Assembly (NCBI GenBank): GCA_946965045.2
Contig: OX337238.1
Coordinates: forward strand, 1,364,001-1,428,000
Direction of reading: 5' to 3'
Length of the DNA: 64,000 bases
From: Epithemia pelagica
Lineage: Eukaryota > Protista > Bacillariophyta
Shown one piece after another: positions 1 to 11,788 of the stretch; position 1 is the first letter of the stretch, and the number at the start of each line of letters is the position of its first letter. A model generated the notes under the pieces. The model ran no database searches, was not told the DNA's origin, and saw nothing but the letters and a program-made list of their open reading frames with translations. A program made the position numbers and the translations under genes.

Positions 1-1624
1 CATAGCAGAGGAGCGGAGCGCTCGAAAGGGCAATCAGTCAGTGTTGTTGTGCCTTTGTGGAGAGAAGAAAAATGCAAAGAAACCCAGCGATACTACAGCC
101 GCTTTACCATCAAAATCTAATCTATCGCAGCTACCATCGCAAAGGTCACCATGACCATGCGGGGTACTCCTAGCACTCAACGTAGGGAGTGGGAATAGCT
201 CAGGGATGAGCCGATAAAACCACAATCGCCCAGCTCTACGTCATTCGTCACCTTGTTGTTTGTGTAAAAGAGAACCTACTTTTCTGAATAGAGAAATTTA
301 GTTGCACCCCATGCATTGATTGCTGCCGACGAACGCCATTCGAGAGGAAAAAATGATACTCTCTCCATCAAACGGCGAACTACCTACTAGTTGACACGTC
401 ACAATAAAAAGTTCAGGGCTATGGTAACATGCAATTGTTATATGAGTACAAACATTCAAGTTCTGCTTGGATCAGATGGTTCTATGTGGTAGAGTGGTCT
501 TCGTTCTGGCCTGGTGGATTTTTATCATGCTGCTGCAGTTTCTCTTGCTGGAACAAACAGTCAGTAAGTAGAGTACCAAGGCATCTGTCGCTGTGGTATA
601 CTTATTCTTGTCAGGTTCATGCCGACAAGCTGTAAGTTTGAAGCATATACAGGACACACCCCGTGACAATGCACGCACGAAGCACGCTGGTTGAGGTACC
701 ATTGCCCTCTAGATCGATATCCAAATTAGAATCCTCATCGGAAAGGAAGGGTATTTGTTTGAGGACTTGAAATTGTTGTCGTTGTTGTTGATTCTCTTCC
801 TTCTGTTGAGGCAAGGGTATGGAAAACCAAAATGCATGAGCAAACATGTTGCGAATAGCTCCATGGCGATCCGACAAGCCGAAATCAGTGCAACCAACGA
901 TGGTTACATGAAAATCAATGAGCACGTACCATCCACATGATTATGATTCTCGACGTAAGTCTTTGCGGGTATGGAAAGTACAAGTATCGGTACTGGTCGT
1001 CTCTGAAATTGTGACACCATGTGCTCTGGTTCATGTGATGCCCATTATTGTTTCGTTATGCAAGGCAAAGGCGAGAACCGGTTCGAGAGGAACCTTTGAG
1101 ATTTGAGATGATCCATGGACAACGTTGCACCAGAGTCATGAGTCATCTCCCAAGGGTAAAAAGTAGAGGGTTCTCTTTTCGACGATTCGGAACCCATCTT
1201 GAGCGCGCGACTGAAAGAGGCGACGGCACGCTCGCAGTGAGTCGAGAGCGTGACAGTGACATGCCGATTGGCGCCAAGCGTCAAGCGCCTCACCATTCAC
1301 CATGACCCGCGAATCGGGAAGAGGAAGAAGTGGGTTCGGTTCAGCCGGAACCATGGCAACCTGTTTCTACGGTTTTACAAACAGCTTTTTAAACTGGAGG
1401 ATGAGGTACAATGCATACGTATTCCGTTGCCAACGGGCAAGCCTTTGACGCTTTCGAACAAGCCACGGACGTTCCGCATGACATCCAAACTCTTCCCATC
1501 TCGTCCAAAAAAAGGCATGTCGAAATAATATGCTGACTGATTCAAAAATGTCTCTTCGCAAACTTGCATTTTTCTGAATCATCGTCATTCGGATACATAG
1601 CGAAAAGTGGATATTTCTTGGACG

Positions 1625-3217
1625 ATGAGAAAGATTGCCACCACTCGAGCATTAGATGGGCGATTGGGTGCCAGTACCATGAAGAAGAAGAAGAACAAGA
1701 AGAAGCGGCATTGTACCGACACGAAACCGCCATTAGATCCACGACGAGTCCATTCCTCTGCAACTTTCTTACCGACCGTTCCAAGAAAGGCAACACGAAT
1801 TGGATCGAAGCTGAACAGCCACAACAAACGATTTTGGGTTCTCGTCAGCACCCTTGTGGTGGCCTTGTTTGCATTGCTTGTGTTTTCCATTGTAATTGTC
1901 GTACTATTGGAGACTCATACTCCACTCGAAGCATATTCTCCAGGATCGCCCCCAATGCCGTTTTCCAAGGCTGTTCCCAACACCCATTCTTCCACCATAC
2001 AGCCAATGGCACAATTCCAAGACGACGCAAACGACACAGTTTGGAACACGTTCGAGTCGCTCCATGACGAGCAACCACACATGTTACAGACCACAACGCC
2101 ATTCGACTCAACCGACACAGTTTCCAGGAAAGAGCCCCATTCCCCGATCGAGAGTTCGAACGACAAGACCACCAAAACCGCTCGTCGTCGTCGTCGTCGT
2201 CTTCCTGAAATTGTGTGGCTCATGTCGTTTCCAAACTCCGGAACGTCGTATACCTTGCAAAATATTCGCTCCTTGACCAACTGCACGATTGGATCCAATT
2301 ATGGCAAACAAGAATGGGGCATGAACCAGGCGGTGCGATACCAGGGAGGTCCCTATGTAGAACGAGATCGACCCCTGCCCGCAACTTCTCTCTTGACCAA
2401 GACACATTGCGGGGGGTACAAGTATGGACACAAGACACATTCCCGAGAAGCCGACTTTGCCTGGGCGTGTCGTCAAGGGTACAAGAAAATGTCATCAAAC
2501 AAGCAATCTTCGGTCTTGTCATCCTCCTCCGAGATCCACACCATACACAAGGCTGTTCACTTGATTCGCAATCCCTTTGACAATTTAATCTCCCGCATGC
2601 ACAACAAACTCAACAAGCTAAAACGACTTTCCAAGAAGAATAACGACAAGAGCAAGACCCAGAGCCTCGAATTGCGCTATCCCAACTCTCGACAAGGGTT
2701 TTTGAATTATTGCCGCACATTTGTCGATGGGAATACCAAGAGAGGGAGCAACCACCAGTCCATCAAGAAACGACAGCTACCTTGCGCCATGGAATGGGTT
2801 CGATACGTGGAATGGCACAATCATGCTCTTGCTTTGTTCGAGACGCCTTCTCCTCCACATGGTGGATCGTTACTCCAAGATATCCATGGCGAGGAGCCAG
2901 GAGAGGATGGTTGGGTGGTGGATATTCAGTCGGTTCATCGCCTGTACTATGAATCGTACTCGTCGGATTATAACACAACCGTACAAGAATTGGTAGACTT
3001 TTTGCATCTGCCCACACTCACCCCCGGTCCCTTTCATCTGTTTGATGGTGGGAATCGAACCTATTTGCACTATTATACACGAGCCGAATTTGTCCGGGCG
3101 CAACAAGTGGTGCAGCAACGTGCCACTCCGTCCTGTTGGAAGGCCCTTCAACACTACTTTGGAGCCAACTACCAACAACAAACATGGATGCCAGGACGTC
3201 CGGCGGCTTCTTCTTAG
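1625..3217 (+). CDS. Type II membrane sulfotransferase-family protein (copy A, complete)
   Basis: Open 536-aa ORF (first ATG at 1625). N-terminal TM segment FWVLVSTLVVALFALLVFSIVIVVLL, 5'-PSB-like loop LMSFPNSGTSY and 3'-PB-like motif HLIRNPFDNLIS, typical of PAPS-dependent sulfotransferases. Confidence 0.75.
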   Translation: MRKIATTRALDGRLGASTMKKKKNKKKRHCTDTKPPLDPRRVHSSATFLPTVPRKATRIGSKLNSHNKRFWVLVSTLVVALFALLVFSIVIVVLLETHTPLEAYSPGSPPMPFSKAVPNTHSSTIQPMAQFQDDANDTVWNTFESLHDEQPHMLQTTTPFDSTDTVSRKEPHSPIESSNDKTTKTARRRRRRLPEIVWLMSFPNSGTSYTLQNIRSLTNCTIGSNYGKQEWGMNQAVRYQGGPYVERDRPLPATSLLTKTHCGGYKYGHKTHSREADFAWACRQGYKKMSSNKQSSVLSSSSEIHTIHKAVHLIRNPFDNLISRMHNKLNKLKRLSKKNNDKSKTQSLELRYPNSRQGFLNYCRTFVDGNTKRGSNHQSIKKRQLPCAMEWVRYVEWHNHALALFETPSPPHGGSLLQDIHGEEPGEDGWVVDIQSVHRLYYESYSSDYNTTVQELVDFLHLPTLTPGPFHLFDGGNRTYLHYYTRAEFVRAQQVVQQRATPSCWKALQHYFGANYQQQTWMPGRPAASS

Positions 3218-3343
3218 GGCCCTCTTCTTAGTTTTTGTCCGTCGACTACTCCTCTATGGTGCTCTTCTTGAAAACTGTGAATTTGTGGAGAGATAGCTAA
3301 GGTAGCTATATTAGCGACTGAAATGAGATAGATTTTTCGGCCA

Positions 3344-5854
3344 TTGGCTGTGATGGATGTGTATCTTTTCGTACCGTCAACCTTCCAACTAGGAACATGC
3401 ATCAGAATAACAGGTCCAAACAGACAACCCATCAGAATGTCGTTTACGTGTGACCACCGGAGCTCCAGGAAGAATGGAATCGGCACCACGCCATCGGTTC
3501 TTGATGGTGGTGCACCGTCAAGTATCGTTTGGACGTGTCACGTTCGCACCGTATTGTGTCTGTCCCTGTCCCTACTGCTGTTGCTCGTGGATGGACCGGT
3601 GGTTGAGGGACGAATCGGCAATGACTATTCTTCTTCTTCTTCTTCTTCTTCTTCTTCTTCTTCTTCTTCTTCTTCTTCTTCTTCTTCTTCTTCTTCTGCG
3701 AGAATGACGAGGTTGCATCCTTTGCAACAACAGCAAACGCAAAAGGATACATGGTCTCACCTCAAGACAAATCAACGGCCCACAAACAAGGAGCCAGGGT
3801 CGTTCCTGTCCCATGGTTCACCACCTGTAGCCTTTTGTGGTTCGTTGCCACGGTCTTGTCGTCGAAACGTTGCATCTACTCCTTGTACAGTTGGATTGTC
3901 CAACACGGCACTACCACCACGCTGTTCTTGTTCCAAGCCAAAACACATTCACCCTGCCATGGATCCTTTTTCCCAGATTCCAAACCGCAAACCGTCATCC
4001 ATGGCCTTGTACTCGGAGATTGGGTCTTTGTGGCCAGGCAGTGCTCGGACCAGTAGTTTCTTGGTTCGCATTGTCTTTGTCCGAGCCATGGCCTTTGTCC
4101 ATCTCGTGGCCTTTACCATTGCCTATCGACAAAACAAGGCCTTGATTGGCGATACTGGCATTACACCTGCTCGACATGTATTGAAGCAAGCCATGGAGCG
4201 AGGACAGGCCAAACGTGATCGTCGATTGCAATGGAGACACGAGCAAGCCTCCACATGGAAGAACAAACCTCTCCAGTATGGGCGACAACGGTTCATGGCG
4301 TGGTTGGATACCTTTTCTTGGTTTGTCCGTTTTCGAGAGGTTTGGTGGGACCGTTGTGATGCCCGCGATCGACCCTTGCCCACCGTCGTGTGGTTGGCCC
4401 GCAATCCGTGTGACAAACAAGGGATGAATCAGTGGTTGGATGGGATTGCTCTGACAGGTATGGGCTTGTCATTGACCGTGTTGGCCTTGGGTGCGGCCAA
4501 TGTGCCATTGGTCTTGGGCTTGTGGATGTGTCAACGATCTCTCATGTCCATGGGTGGACTTTGGTATGGCTATGGCTGGGAACCCCAATTGGCGGAATTG
4601 AGTTTTCATGCCCTCTTTTTGGTTCCTCTGATTTCTCTTCAAGCCGTACCGTCCGTTCCCATGTCTCCCTGGGTCCAATGGACCCTGCAATGGTATTTGT
4701 TTCGCATCATGATGGGTGCTGGTCTCATCAAGTTACGATCGGGCGATGTCAAATGGAAGAATTTGACGACCATGCAATACTTTTATGAAACCCAACCCAT
4801 TCCGAATCCCTTGACCAAATATTTCCATCAAATGCCCAAGGTTTGGCATAGATGCGAAACCGTCATGAATCATTTCATTGAATTGGTCGCACCTTGGCTG
4901 TTGCTGTTGCCTCCCTCGGGTGTCTTGCAGTCAGTGGGCATGGCCGGTCGTGGACCGTTACTCCTCCAAACCTTGCGACGCATCGGTGGACTCATTCAAT
5001 TGACCTTTCAATGTATTTTGATCACTTCGGGGAATTTGAGCTTTTTGAATTGGTTAACCATGGTTCCAGCAATCTTGTGTTTGGACGATGCCGTGGTAGC
5101 ACCCCTTTTTGGAGGACTGGACCATGCTCGGGGAGCCGTGGCGGCGGCAGCCGCAGCCGCTGCCAGGACACACGCCCCAGTCACTCCCGTCGTACGACGA
5201 CTAGTCAGTGCTGCCTTTGTGACCCTCATTCTTCAATTGACTATTCCCGTCGTTCGAAATTTGTGTTCCCAACACCAAATCATGAATGGATCCTTTGATA
5301 AATTGCGCCTCGTCAATACCTACGGTGCCTTTGGTGTCGTGGAAGAAGAACGGACCGAACTGGTCATTTCGGCCTGCAATGGTGTGGATTTGAACGATTG
5401 GCGAGAATATCAGCTTCCGGCCAAACCCGGAAATCCCTACCAGACACCCAAATTTATTTCGCCCTATCATTATCGGTTGGATTGGCAACTGTGGATTGCG
5501 GCCTGTATGCGCCGTGTCGAATCGAGTCCCTGGATTCACGTCTTGTTGCTCAAATTATTGCAACAAGATCCACAAGTCCTCAAACTCTTTGACCATGATC
5601 CCTTTGCGAATGAACCAATACCACCCAAATACATTCGTATTGAAAAGTACAAGTACCAATTTCACAAAACGGGAGTGCATCCAGAGGATTCCACGACTCG
5701 CAATGCCGACGACGACGACAGCAACGACAACCAAATAGGTCGTCCGCCGTATTGGGACCGTCACGTCATTGGTCGATTCTATCCACGACAAGGAATTGCG
5801 ACAGTCGATAGTTTAAAGGAGGAGATTGCCAAGGCTGGTCTACCACTAGATTAG
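3344..5854 (+). CDS. Lipase maturation factor (LMF1/LMF2-like) membrane protein, copy A; true start probably downstream of 3344
   Basis: Motifs YGWEPQLAE, RIMMGAGLIKL..D..W..LT.M.YFYETQPIPNP, GNLSFLNWLT, VNTYGAFG and YHYRLDWQLWIAA, plus several hydrophobic helices. Confidence 0.88.
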   Translation: MAVMDVYLFVPSTFQLGTCIRITGPNRQPIRMSFTCDHRSSRKNGIGTTPSVLDGGAPSSIVWTCHVRTVLCLSLSLLLLLVDGPVVEGRIGNDYSSSSSSSSSSSSSSSSSSSSSSSARMTRLHPLQQQQTQKDTWSHLKTNQRPTNKEPGSFLSHGSPPVAFCGSLPRSCRRNVASTPCTVGLSNTALPPRCSCSKPKHIHPAMDPFSQIPNRKPSSMALYSEIGSLWPGSARTSSFLVRIVFVRAMAFVHLVAFTIAYRQNKALIGDTGITPARHVLKQAMERGQAKRDRRLQWRHEQASTWKNKPLQYGRQRFMAWLDTFSWFVRFREVWWDRCDARDRPLPTVVWLARNPCDKQGMNQWLDGIALTGMGLSLTVLALGAANVPLVLGLWMCQRSLMSMGGLWYGYGWEPQLAELSFHALFLVPLISLQAVPSVPMSPWVQWTLQWYLFRIMMGAGLIKLRSGDVKWKNLTTMQYFYETQPIPNPLTKYFHQMPKVWHRCETVMNHFIELVAPWLLLLPPSGVLQSVGMAGRGPLLLQTLRRIGGLIQLTFQCILITSGNLSFLNWLTMVPAILCLDDAVVAPLFGGLDHARGAVAAAAAAAARTHAPVTPVVRRLVSAAFVTLILQLTIPVVRNLCSQHQIMNGSFDKLRLVNTYGAFGVVEEERTELVISACNGVDLNDWREYQLPAKPGNPYQTPKFISPYHYRLDWQLWIAACMRRVESSPWIHVLLLKLLQQDPQVLKLFDHDPFANEPIPPKYIRIEKYKYQFHKTGVHPEDSTTRNADDDDSNDNQIGRPPYWDRHVIGRFYPRQGIATVDSLKEEIAKAGLPLD
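3629..3697 (+). repeat. (TCT)n microsatellite, ~23 units (5 units in copy B)
   Basis: Seen directly; reads as poly-Ser in the LMF ORF frame. Confidence 0.95.
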
Positions 5855-6739
5855 AGGCATCCTCGTCGATCAAGACACTGTGGTGAGACACGCTTCAGCA
5901 CAACACCGTTCGAAACGACATGGACTCTTGCATGGACAACGAGGCTGTATATTGCACCAGAAACAAAATTGTTTCCGGCAAGTTTCAAATTCACAATGTA
6001 TCAATGGAAAAGAGAAAAGTGTGACAAACTCAGTCAGATGTGTCACAAATTCTTTTGGTCCCAGGCTGCGGCATATTTCTGCTCTTCACTGATGGTTGCC
6101 ATGATGTTGCAGTCATCCCCAATCAGTCGGGGAACACAACAGTTCTTTTCTTTATCATATGCATCACATGACTTGTACTGCAAAAAGAGCATGTCAGATT
6201 GTGAGATACAGTGATGAGATGAGTAATCATCTGGATTGTGGTGTTCCGTTGCTTGAACACTTCTTGTTTGTACCCAAGATTTTCATTGCTTCTGAGATTC
6301 CTGGACCTCTAAGCAGGGAAGAAACCTCTTGCTCCCATCGTCCGAGCTTTCACAGGTCCAACAGAGGACTTTTTTCATCATATCTCTGGGCACAATTTCT
6401 CTCATTGGGAGAGTAGTTCAATGTTCTTCAACATTCATGGCGAGGACGAGCAAAGACTTCAAAATTTGCTGCCACCTCGAAACGACACATCCTAAAGTAG
6501 TAGTTAATCGACGATGTATAACAAGAGAAGTGACTGCATTGGACGTGTCGTAACCCAGACACTGCTTTTTAGTTCTACCAAGTACATCATATCACCCGAG
6601 AGAGCATAAAAATGACTGACACACTTTGGTAGAATCACAGTTCGACGTGCTTCCTGCAGAAAGTATAAATTATTCCAGTTCATCGACTGTTCTGATCACC
6701 CTTTGCGATGTACAAGTAGATCGAGAGGCCTTCCTAATT

Positions 6740-9046
6740 CTAAGGTAGTTCTTCTTCTCCCTCCCCCTCTAAAACGAAGTCCACTAAACCGACGAACACA
6801 ACGTTCTCGAAAGTGCTACCCAAAAAATCGCGAAAGTCAATCGTTGTGGGATTTCTTCCTGGTTCTACCACGGTTGCGTCACAGAAACACTGGTCTTCAG
6901 CGGCTAAGTTACGTTTCCGACGGTCCGGCACGTGCTTCAACCCTTGTTTCGCAATTCTTTTCTTGGCAGCAGTGTAGGAACGCAGGGCTCGTGCGCCTTC
7001 CGAGTCACGAAGGAGCGACTCTGTTTCATCACTACTTACACCAGTACATTGGATCAATAGAGCGTCAGATTCGCCCTCCTCCCCCTCGAACTCGAACTCC
7101 AACTCGCGGCGACGACCATGGCGGAGGCGGCAACAGTCTCCGTCTCCGTCTCCGTCAGGAATTCCACATGGCTCGAAACGACTAAATACACATGACTCGA
7201 GGCGCGGGAAGTTGACTGGGCAATTCTCAGCAACAAACAAATTGTACCCCACGACACCATCCTTTGCAATCACAGCAAGGTCGTCGTCCGACAAGTTACA
7301 AGTATCCTCGTTAAAAACCACTATCGCTTGAAAATCAACCTCCTTGCGCTTGCCAGTACAGCCAACGGTCCCATTTAAACTACGCAACACTCCAAATGCG
7401 TTATCGGTTCCAAATGCTTGTTCGGTTGTTTGCCGGAGGGCATCATCGAGAAGCGAGTTCAACTCGTCTAACACAACACCATCACCAGGCGTGGCAGAAG
7501 CAGGACAAAAACATCTGGAATCGTCCTTCTTAGTATCGGAGAAGTCGCTCATGCCGGAGGCACGGCGATGATGCACCAGACCATGCGGTAGCGTTTGGTT
7601 CGACGCCGGACTTTGAATGTATCGTTCGACTAAGTCACGCCGACCCTGGTCTCCGTCATCGTCATCCTCTCTGCCTGTATCATCTTTGGAGCTAAAGTCT
7701 CCTCCCCAGGGAAACTCGAATCCGAATAGTCGTAGGTGTCGTCTTCTATCCCCGGGATCCATGTCAACGTCATGGAGGCGTTGTGTTCTATCACCCTTCT
7801 TCTTTTTGTTCTTCTTTTTGGGTTTTCCGGCCGAGTCCCCGCATTTTTTAAAATCAAAATTGTAAAAGGTGTTTTCCAGCCGTGTAAACCTGGACTCACA
7901 TAGTTCAAATTGTTCCTGGTTGTAGCTCTCGACAAAGAGGGCAAACCACTCGTCGGTTTTTTTCTTTCCCAACAAACAGGGATCGTCCCCAATTGCCGAG
8001 ACAAAATTAAATGTATCCACCACATCAAATGTTCCACAGTCGATTTCTCGCAGTTCGCGGACGGCCGTGACTTCGTGCACGTCGGACAAACAGTCACTAC
8101 CGCTGGAGGAACCGCTCTTGCCTTTTTTGCTCTTGCCGCTACCACTACTCATTTCCTCGCCACTGCTCTTGCCTTTTTTGCTCTTGCCGCTACCACTACT
8201 CATTTCCTCGCCACTGCCGTCCGACCCCTTTTCTTGACAATGCTGAACGGCACCATCGAGTCCCATTCGGAGCTGTTCTTCCGTGACTCCCTTTTGTACG
8301 TCTCCGGTCAGCAAGTTGGTGGCACAATAACAACCCTTGAACGGGCAGTCTACTTGATCATCATCCAAAATCCCCGACAACGGACATTCGGTTTCTTGAT
8401 TCCTGGTAAACGTTTCCGTTAGGTCATCGTTTTGTACCAAGGCGGTCGAAGGATCGGGTGGGCCATAGTATCCTACCGTGACTTCGTAAAGGGTCCAGTC
8501 TTGATGGTCATTGTCCGAGGCTGGAATGCGTTCGAACGACTGAATGAGACTGGAATCGATACTATGAATCACTCGTTGGGAAGGATCGCAAAGCACGGCC
8601 GTTTGGGCACGAAAGGCATCCTTCAACACGTGACCCAAATCCGCAAAATCGTTCTTGTCCAAATGTCCGTCGACTTGAATGGCAATAAATGATGGTTCAT
8701 CAAAGGTTTTGAACTCCGTCCCGATCTCGTCACACTCGATTTTTTCCACCTGCGTTTGAGGATCGTACGAAAGCATTCGATGGTCGGTCGATGGCATCCA
8801 GGGTTTCTTCTTCTTTTTGATTTTGTGGTTGTTGTGGTTGTTGTGGTTGTTGTTGTTTCGTCTCGTGGTGGGTAGTTCGAGCAGTTGTTGTTGCTGTTCG
8901 GCCAACCGTGCCATGGAACAGGACACTGCACTCATCATCCAGACCAACACAAGTGGAACGCAGGAGTAGGAGGAGGAGACTCTTCTGGTCCGTGGCGGCA
9001 GTCGATCTGTGGACGACATGTCTGCTATATAGTCTCGTGTTGGCAA
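6740..9046 (-). CDS. Putative secreted modular Cys-containing protein with Lys/Ser/Gly-rich inserts and RXL sites (copy A, intact)
   Basis: 768-aa ORF with hydrophobic N-terminal segment VPLVLVWMMSAVSCS, three related modules each with a C[YF]C motif, two SGEEMSSGSGKSKKGKS repeats and several RXL sites. Confidence 0.7.
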   Translation of the reverse strand: MPTRDYIADMSSTDRLPPRTRRVSSSYSCVPLVLVWMMSAVSCSMARLAEQQQQLLELPTTRRNNNNHNNHNNHKIKKKKKPWMPSTDHRMLSYDPQTQVEKIECDEIGTEFKTFDEPSFIAIQVDGHLDKNDFADLGHVLKDAFRAQTAVLCDPSQRVIHSIDSSLIQSFERIPASDNDHQDWTLYEVTVGYYGPPDPSTALVQNDDLTETFTRNQETECPLSGILDDDQVDCPFKGCYCATNLLTGDVQKGVTEEQLRMGLDGAVQHCQEKGSDGSGEEMSSGSGKSKKGKSSGEEMSSGSGKSKKGKSGSSSGSDCLSDVHEVTAVRELREIDCGTFDVVDTFNFVSAIGDDPCLLGKKKTDEWFALFVESYNQEQFELCESRFTRLENTFYNFDFKKCGDSAGKPKKKNKKKKGDRTQRLHDVDMDPGDRRRHLRLFGFEFPWGGDFSSKDDTGREDDDDGDQGRRDLVERYIQSPASNQTLPHGLVHHRRASGMSDFSDTKKDDSRCFCPASATPGDGVVLDELNSLLDDALRQTTEQAFGTDNAFGVLRSLNGTVGCTGKRKEVDFQAIVVFNEDTCNLSDDDLAVIAKDGVVGYNLFVAENCPVNFPRLESCVFSRFEPCGIPDGDGDGDCCRLRHGRRRELEFEFEGEEGESDALLIQCTGVSSDETESLLRDSEGARALRSYTAAKKRIAKQGLKHVPDRRKRNLAAEDQCFCDATVVEPGRNPTTIDFRDFLGSTFENVVFVGLVDFVLEGEGEEELP

Positions 9047-10012
9047 ATGGTCGTTGGAGAGGTACCAAACTGGAACTCAGTCACGGGGAACTGTTAGACT
9101 GTCAAACAGAGAGAGAGGAGGTCGTTCGTCACTGCGCAACTCTCCAGAGGTGTTGGATACGAGTGCTGTCGTCCTGCGTGTTGTTGTTCTTGTTGACTAT
9201 ACTTGTTGTGTTCCAAAAGAGAGGAGGTCGCCCGTGTTCTGTTGCCACAAAAAGGCTTGCTTCTTTCTACGTGGTTGTGGATGACACCAAAAGTAGGTAC
9301 CTGCCAATGAAACCAGAGAGGGAGAGAGTTGTGTCTTGGTTTGGAGTGACTTGGCACAAATCAAAAGTGTTTGTTCCGAACGGATCACCACCGCAGCGCC
9401 CACCACTCGAATTTTCCAAATTTCTGTCATCTCTCTCCAAATTTGGTACGAATGTCATTTATCCAGTTCGTCGGCCGTTCCTAGAAATCAATTAGACTAC
9501 CAAAGGAACAGCACAAAATCCGGTGCGAGTCATGGTGAAACCCAGTACACATAAAAAATGAGAATTCGGAAGGTCGGAACGGAGCCAACCTGGATGGGAC
9601 TTCTAAGTAAAACTGGCAACGCGGGACTCATTCGGCATTCCTACGCCGAAATAGTCTTCCAAGACCAAAAGATCCGCTATGAAATTTTATCAAATAATTT
9701 CTTCAAGATGGCCGGCGCTTTGGGGACTTCGGAGTCTACAGTCCACGCACCATGATTCCGATTTCCTCCGCTCCCCTCATTGAAATTGCCTTAAAAGCTG
9801 GTTCCGTCTCGGACGAGAGGCTGCCAAGAGATCGGCCAATAACCTGTCGAGTCCGAACGAGAAGTCTGGCTAGTAGTCATAACACAACCTATCCTAGTTA
9901 ATCATTGCCTTGAAGCAGATAGTGTTGACAGTCCATAGCTAAAACCCGAATTTCGACAATGGCTAATTTCACTAGTATCTGTTACGACTATGGACTATGG
10001 ATCTGTGGACGA

Positions 10013-11011
10013 CTAGGATGGATCTGTGTAGTCAACGGAGAAGAGTTTCTCTCCATTGTTGATTGCAAGTTGTGAGACGATGAGGATGACACGGAAAGCA
10101 CGGCCATGGGACGCAATGTCATGCCGCCATGTTTGACGCAGACAACCCCAGTCCTTGAAGCGCTTGTTGATGGTTTCTTGGCGGCTTCGGACTCGTTGTT
10201 GCATTTTTAGATTGTCTGCTGGATTGCTGAATCCAGCTGGGCACTTGACAAACTCAGGATGTTCGCCACGGTAGCCATCATCAGCCTCGACCCTCTCATT
10301 GGGGTCGAGGTGTGACAGAAGACAGTCACGGAAAATTGTGATGTCGTTGTGGCTGCCAGCAACGTAGGGCCCATTCAACCACACGATATCCCCTGTCAAA
10401 ATACACAGCCCAATTTCATATCTGAGGGCACTTTTCTTGAATTTGTGGCTGTAGAACTTGCGTCCGTTCTCAGCCACCCGAAAGTCTGTCCCATCAACAC
10501 TAATGAGGCAGTCATTCCCTTTGTCTAGCTTATAGCGGTTTTCCCACACTATCTGTAAAGCATTCTTGGAATGTTAGACAATGAAACAAAAACAAACAAA
10601 AACGACTGTAGGGAGACTTACCACTTGACTTTCAAGGCGGACAATGGCATCAATGAAGAGCCATGTCCATTTCGAGAACGTGTTCCTGTTGACACCACCA
10701 GCCAGAGTGCACAATACTCGTTCCTTTGCATACACCCGAAGGAACATGAGTGTCCAAAGAAGATGGGACATTGTTCCTGACACAGGCACCGAGTCGGACT
10801 CCACAAGAGCGCACCACAAATTCAAGCAAACAAGAATGCCACACCCAAAATACTGCCGAAACATCCGCTCCTCACTTTGGACGGTCCCCTTTTTACGGTG
10901 GAACAAAAGGGAATCGTTGCTCCAGATCAACCGGGCATGGTACAAAAAGTCTTCAGGGTTTGGGGCAGACCAGCGTTGCCGCTTGTTCCCCTCGGCATTC
11001 GACGGAGCCAT
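10013..11011 (-). CDS. Harbinger-type DDE transposase (DDE_Tnp_4-like), two exons
   Basis: Exon 1 (11011-10622) and exon 2 (10552-10013) are joined in frame by a 69-bp GTAAGT..CAG intron. Motifs ISVDGTDF, VEADDGYRGE and RSRQETINKRFK. Confidence 0.85.
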
Positions 11012-11385
11012 GATGGACAGTTTTTGTGAGAAATCTTGAGGACGAGACACGACTTTTAGGTAGAAATCGTACCTTTCACGATTCAGCACGCGAGCATCGA
11101 TTTCTCCTTTCTACTTCTACTAGGGACCACAACTGTGGATTAGGGACCGTTCCCCACCGAAAAATTTGAACGGATCCATGTTGATTTCGTTGATAGTGTT
11201 ACATAGGCAGATGACTATTCATTCGTGACCAATATAAGACCACTCTCTAGACCTGTCATATTGACTTAGCACGTACATGTCCATTACAGATTAGACAAAC
11301 AACCGATTAAGCGTAAGAAAGCGGGCCGGTCAGTTGGATGGCACGTGTCCATAATTAATTTTGGTCCTGATGTCAGAAATCTGGT

Positions 11386-11593
11386 CCCGATCTCGGAATT
11401 CGGGTCGATCTCGGAATTCGGGCCAGATCTCGGAATTCGGGTCGATCTCGGAATTCGGGCCAGATCTCGGAATTCGGGTTTTTACTCTGAAATAAAGTAT
11501 ACTTTGGTCGGAATTCGGGTCGATCTCGGAATTCGGGCCAGATCTCGGAATTCGGGTCGATCTCGGAATTCGGGCCAGATCTCGGAATTTGGG
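11386..11593 (+). repeat. Tandem array of 18/19-bp units GATCTCGGAATTCGGG(TC/CCA), two blocks of ~5 units
   Basis: Read directly. Blocks are separated by an AT-rich spacer (~11480-11507) and lie between the two divergent Harbinger genes. Confidence 0.92.
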
Positions 11594-11788
11594 CTTTCCG
11601 TTGAACGGACCAATTATGTTTTTTCAGTTACCGCGCCTGCTTGCAATGCCGTGTGACTGCGAGAGGGAAAGTCAACTTGTTTCTGATTGCAAGCATGCCA
11701 GTCACACAAAGACAACGGAGTGCTCAGAAGAAGAACTTCACGTCGAAGTCTCGCAATCTCTTGCCATCATAAATTTTGTCTCAATGAA

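Noticed and set aside
1-1600. Short ORFs upstream of the sulfotransferase
   Set aside because: No recognisable domain or consistent exon structure; treated as intergenic or unresolved.
3444-3814. Poly-Lys, poly-Arg and poly-Leu ORFs (also 47419-47781)
   Set aside because: These are alternative-frame translations of (TCT)n and (AAG)n microsatellites.
11386-11593. CRISPR array
   Set aside because: Units abut with no unique spacers, the context is eukaryotic, and no cas genes are present.
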